Part shown: piece by piece, positions 61,989-64,000 of the stretch | Layout: each line of letters starts with the position of its first letter | Numbering within the stretch: position 1 is the first letter of the stretch | Program-made: the position numbers and the translations under genes | Assembly: GCA_963745025.1 (NCBI GenBank) | Contig: CAVUWD010000016.1 | Coordinates: forward strand, 1 to 64,000 | Length of the DNA stretch: 64,000 nucleotides | DNA from: an uncultured delta proteobacterium | Lineage (GTDB): Bacteria; Desulfobacterota; Binatia; JACPRU01 | Reading direction: 5' to 3' | Notes under the pieces: model-generated | Databases searched by the model: none | Told to the model about the DNA's origin: nothing | Seen by the model: the letters and a program-made list of their open reading frames with translations, nothing else

Positions 61989-62855
61989 CTACTTCCTCGT
62001 CGACTCCGCGGCGGCTTCCTGCGCCGCCTGGGTCATGTCCTCGATGATCGCAGCCACCTCGTCCCCGAAGATATCGCTGAGGCCGTACTCCTTAGCGAGG
62101 CCTCGGAGCTCGTCGCGGCGCCCGGGAAGCGGCGCGGGCCGCTGCAGCATCTTCGCTTCCTCGAGCGCGCGGACGACGCGCTCGTCCCGCCGGAACGGGT
62201 CGCCGCACCGGTTCAGGAAGAACCGGTGTTCGAACGGCACCCGCGGCCGCTGTCCGCCGGCCTCGGGATCCTCCTTGGGATAGCCGACGGTCTGCAGCAC
62301 GAGCACCTTGGAATCCGCGGGCAGACGGAGGACCCGCCTGAGCTTTCGGTCGTTCATGACGCCGAGGAGGCAGGTGCCGAGCCCCTCCTCGAAGGCGACG
62401 AGCGTCGCCTGAGCGATGCCCTGGCCGCAGTCCATCTCGGTGAGCCCGGTCGTGCGGATCTTCTCGTTCCCCATCTGGAAGAAGGGGATCAGCGTCTGAT
62501 CGAGGTAGGCGTGGCTCTTCGCCACTTCCACGCCGGCCGCGCCGGCGTCGACGAGCTCGTGTAGGCGGTCGCCCTGGACGCGCACCGCGTCCCAGTCGAG
62601 AAACCACACGATGATGACGGGAGCGGCGCGGAACTGGAACCCTCCGAGCGCCGTCCCGACCGGCAGCGCCTCGATCACTTCCCGGGGTGCGCTCGAGCGT
62701 TCGATCACGACCGCCTTCAGCGCCTGCACGTTTCCCCAGAACGACGCGAGGCGCGCCGCCTCGAGCATCTTCTGGATCTTCTCGTGCTCCACCGGCTTGT
62801 CGGGGCGGATGAACCGGATCGAACGGCGACGACCGATGACTTCCTTCAATTCCAT
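61989..62855 (-). CDS. Nitroreductase-family protein (atypical; paralog of 33703-34491)
   Basis: RRRSIRF, KPVEHEKIQ, EEGLG and VGYPKEDPEAGGQRPR; RBS GAGGAG. Confidence 0.85.
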   Translation of the reverse strand: MELKEVIGRRRSIRFIRPDKPVEHEKIQKMLEAARLASFWGNVQALKAVVIERSSAPREVIEALPVGTALGGFQFRAAPVIIVWFLDWDAVRVQGDRLHELVDAGAAGVEVAKSHAYLDQTLIPFFQMGNEKIRTTGLTEMDCGQGIAQATLVAFEEGLGTCLLGVMNDRKLRRVLRLPADSKVLVLQTVGYPKEDPEAGGQRPRVPFEHRFFLNRCGDPFRRDERVVRALEEAKMLQRPAPLPGRRDELRGLAKEYGLSDIFGDEVAAIIEDMTQAAQEAAAESTRK

Positions 62856-63085
62856 GGACGTGGCTCCTCTCCGCTATCGCACTGGTGAGCTATCGGCTTC
62901 CGGAAAGCATCTTGCGTACCAATCCGGAAAGAACGCATTGCGAATAGGCTTCACTCGGCGGGTGTGGCGAACGGCGTCATTGTGAATCGGATCGTCCCAT
63001 CCATGTGGCGGTCGGCACCATCATGAATCGGCTTGCGGCACGCCGGAGGAACCTCCGCCCGCTCGGCAATCGCCGGTTCGCAGCC

Positions 63086-64000
63086 TCAGACCGCGAACAC
63101 GTGCACCGCGGCGGCTCCCCCGAATCCCTGGCAATGGGTGAGCGCCGACCGGGCGTTCGCAACCTGACGCGCACCCGACTCGCCGCGGAGCTGCTCGACG
63201 ATTTCCACCACCTGCGCCACACCCGTTGCGCCGAGCGGATGACCTTTCGAAAGGAGCCCGCCGGATGTGCTGACCGCGACGTTGCCGCCGATCCGCGACA
63301 GGCCCGCCTCCACGAATTTTCCGCCTTCGCCGCGCGGGCAGAGGCCCAGGTTCTCGTAATGGATGATCTCGGCGATCGCGAAGCAGTCGTGAAGCTCGAT
63401 CACGTCGAGATCGTCGGGACCGATGCCGGCCTGCGCGTAGGCGCGGCGGATCGCATCGGTATTGATGCCGACGATCATCTGGAGAGGATCGCTGGCGTCT
63501 CCCGGCGGATCCGACCGCAGTACCGAGGCCGCGACCGTGATCGGGCGCCGCCGCCCGCGGGCGACGTCGGCGCTCGCCACCACCGCGGCGGCGGCGCCCG
63601 AGCCCGTCGGGCAGCACATGAGGAGAGTGAGCGGGTCGGCGACCACGCGCGAGCGAAGGACGTCCTCGATCGTGATCCGCTCGCGATACTGGGCGCGCGG
63701 ATTCTCCGCGGCGTGATCACGGTTCTTGACCGACACCATCGCGAGCTGCTCGAGCGTGGTTCCGTAGCGGCGCGAGTGGGCGCGGAAGATCTCGGCGAAC
63801 ATCCCCGGCATCAGAGGAGCGCCGCGTCGCGGGGTCATCCGCACGTCGCTCGAATCGACGGGGATCGGCCCCCGCTCCATTTTCTCGAGGCCGAGGGCGA
63901 GCGCGATCTGCGCCGCTCCTCCGCGCACGGCAGCCACGGCCTGATGGAAGGCCGTGGAGCCGCTGGCACAGGCGTTCTCGACGTTCACCACCGGCGCGCC
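63086..64000 (-). CDS. Thiolase, SCP2/lipid-transfer type (5' end outside window)
   Basis: VENACASGS, ELHDCF and SGGLLSKGHPLGATG motifs. Confidence 0.92.
   Translation of the reverse strand, partial: GAPVVNVENACASGSTAFHQAVAAVRGGAAQIALALGLEKMERGPIPVDSSDVRMTPRRGAPLMPGMFAEIFRAHSRRYGTTLEQLAMVSVKNRDHAAENPRAQYRERITIEDVLRSRVVADPLTLLMCCPTGSGAAAAVVASADVARGRRRPITVAASVLRSDPPGDASDPLQMIVGINTDAIRRAYAQAGIGPDDLDVIELHDCFAIAEIIHYENLGLCPRGEGGKFVEAGLSRIGGNVAVSTSGGLLSKGHPLGATGVAQVVEIVEQLRGESGARQVANARSALTHCQGFGGAAAVHVFAV

Overview
GC-rich bacterial window, probably a metagenomic assembly. A small ORF family at 35374-35676 and the general gene content resemble Candidatus Binatia/Rokubacteria-like soil bacteria; this taxonomy is inference only. 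Intact modules: an acyl-CoA block (ACAD, enoyl-CoA hydratase, family III CoA-transferase); an MlaE-MlaF-MlaD-PqiC-like lipid ABC operon; cytochrome c; a DUF411 metal-binding protein; a PLP decarboxylase divergent from a Phe-type MIO ammonia-lyase and DAHP synthase; a four-gene IorA / IorB-ferredoxin / KorA / KorB-gamma oxidoreductase operon with two unusual fusions; two paralogous atypical nitroreductases; tRNA-Arg(ACG); an ECF sigma/NrsF pair; GST; three GT-C type membrane glycosyltransferases (one a 1287-aa tandem duplicate) next to a Ser/Thr-rich collagen-like secreted protein; PntAB; and a thiolase-nitroreductase-ACAD-PaaK-like-DUF3237-ECH catabolic cluster. A single-chain BC-BCCP-CT carboxylase is heavily frameshifted. 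Between the modules lie many short, sharply cut remnants (IS110 left end, IS21-type end, another transposase N-terminus, SDR, EEP nuclease, adenylate cyclase, GmrSD, RecD2) and a ~207-bp diverged duplicate of the cytochrome c 3' end. No CRISPR array, rRNA, intact transposase, integrase or reverse transcriptase was seen. The best candidates for an undescribed system are the fused Ior/Kor operon with its PAL/DAHP neighbours, the tandem GT-C plus collagen-like locus, and the atypical nitroreductase family in CoA-catabolic contexts. All family calls come from manual motif recognition, not database searches.
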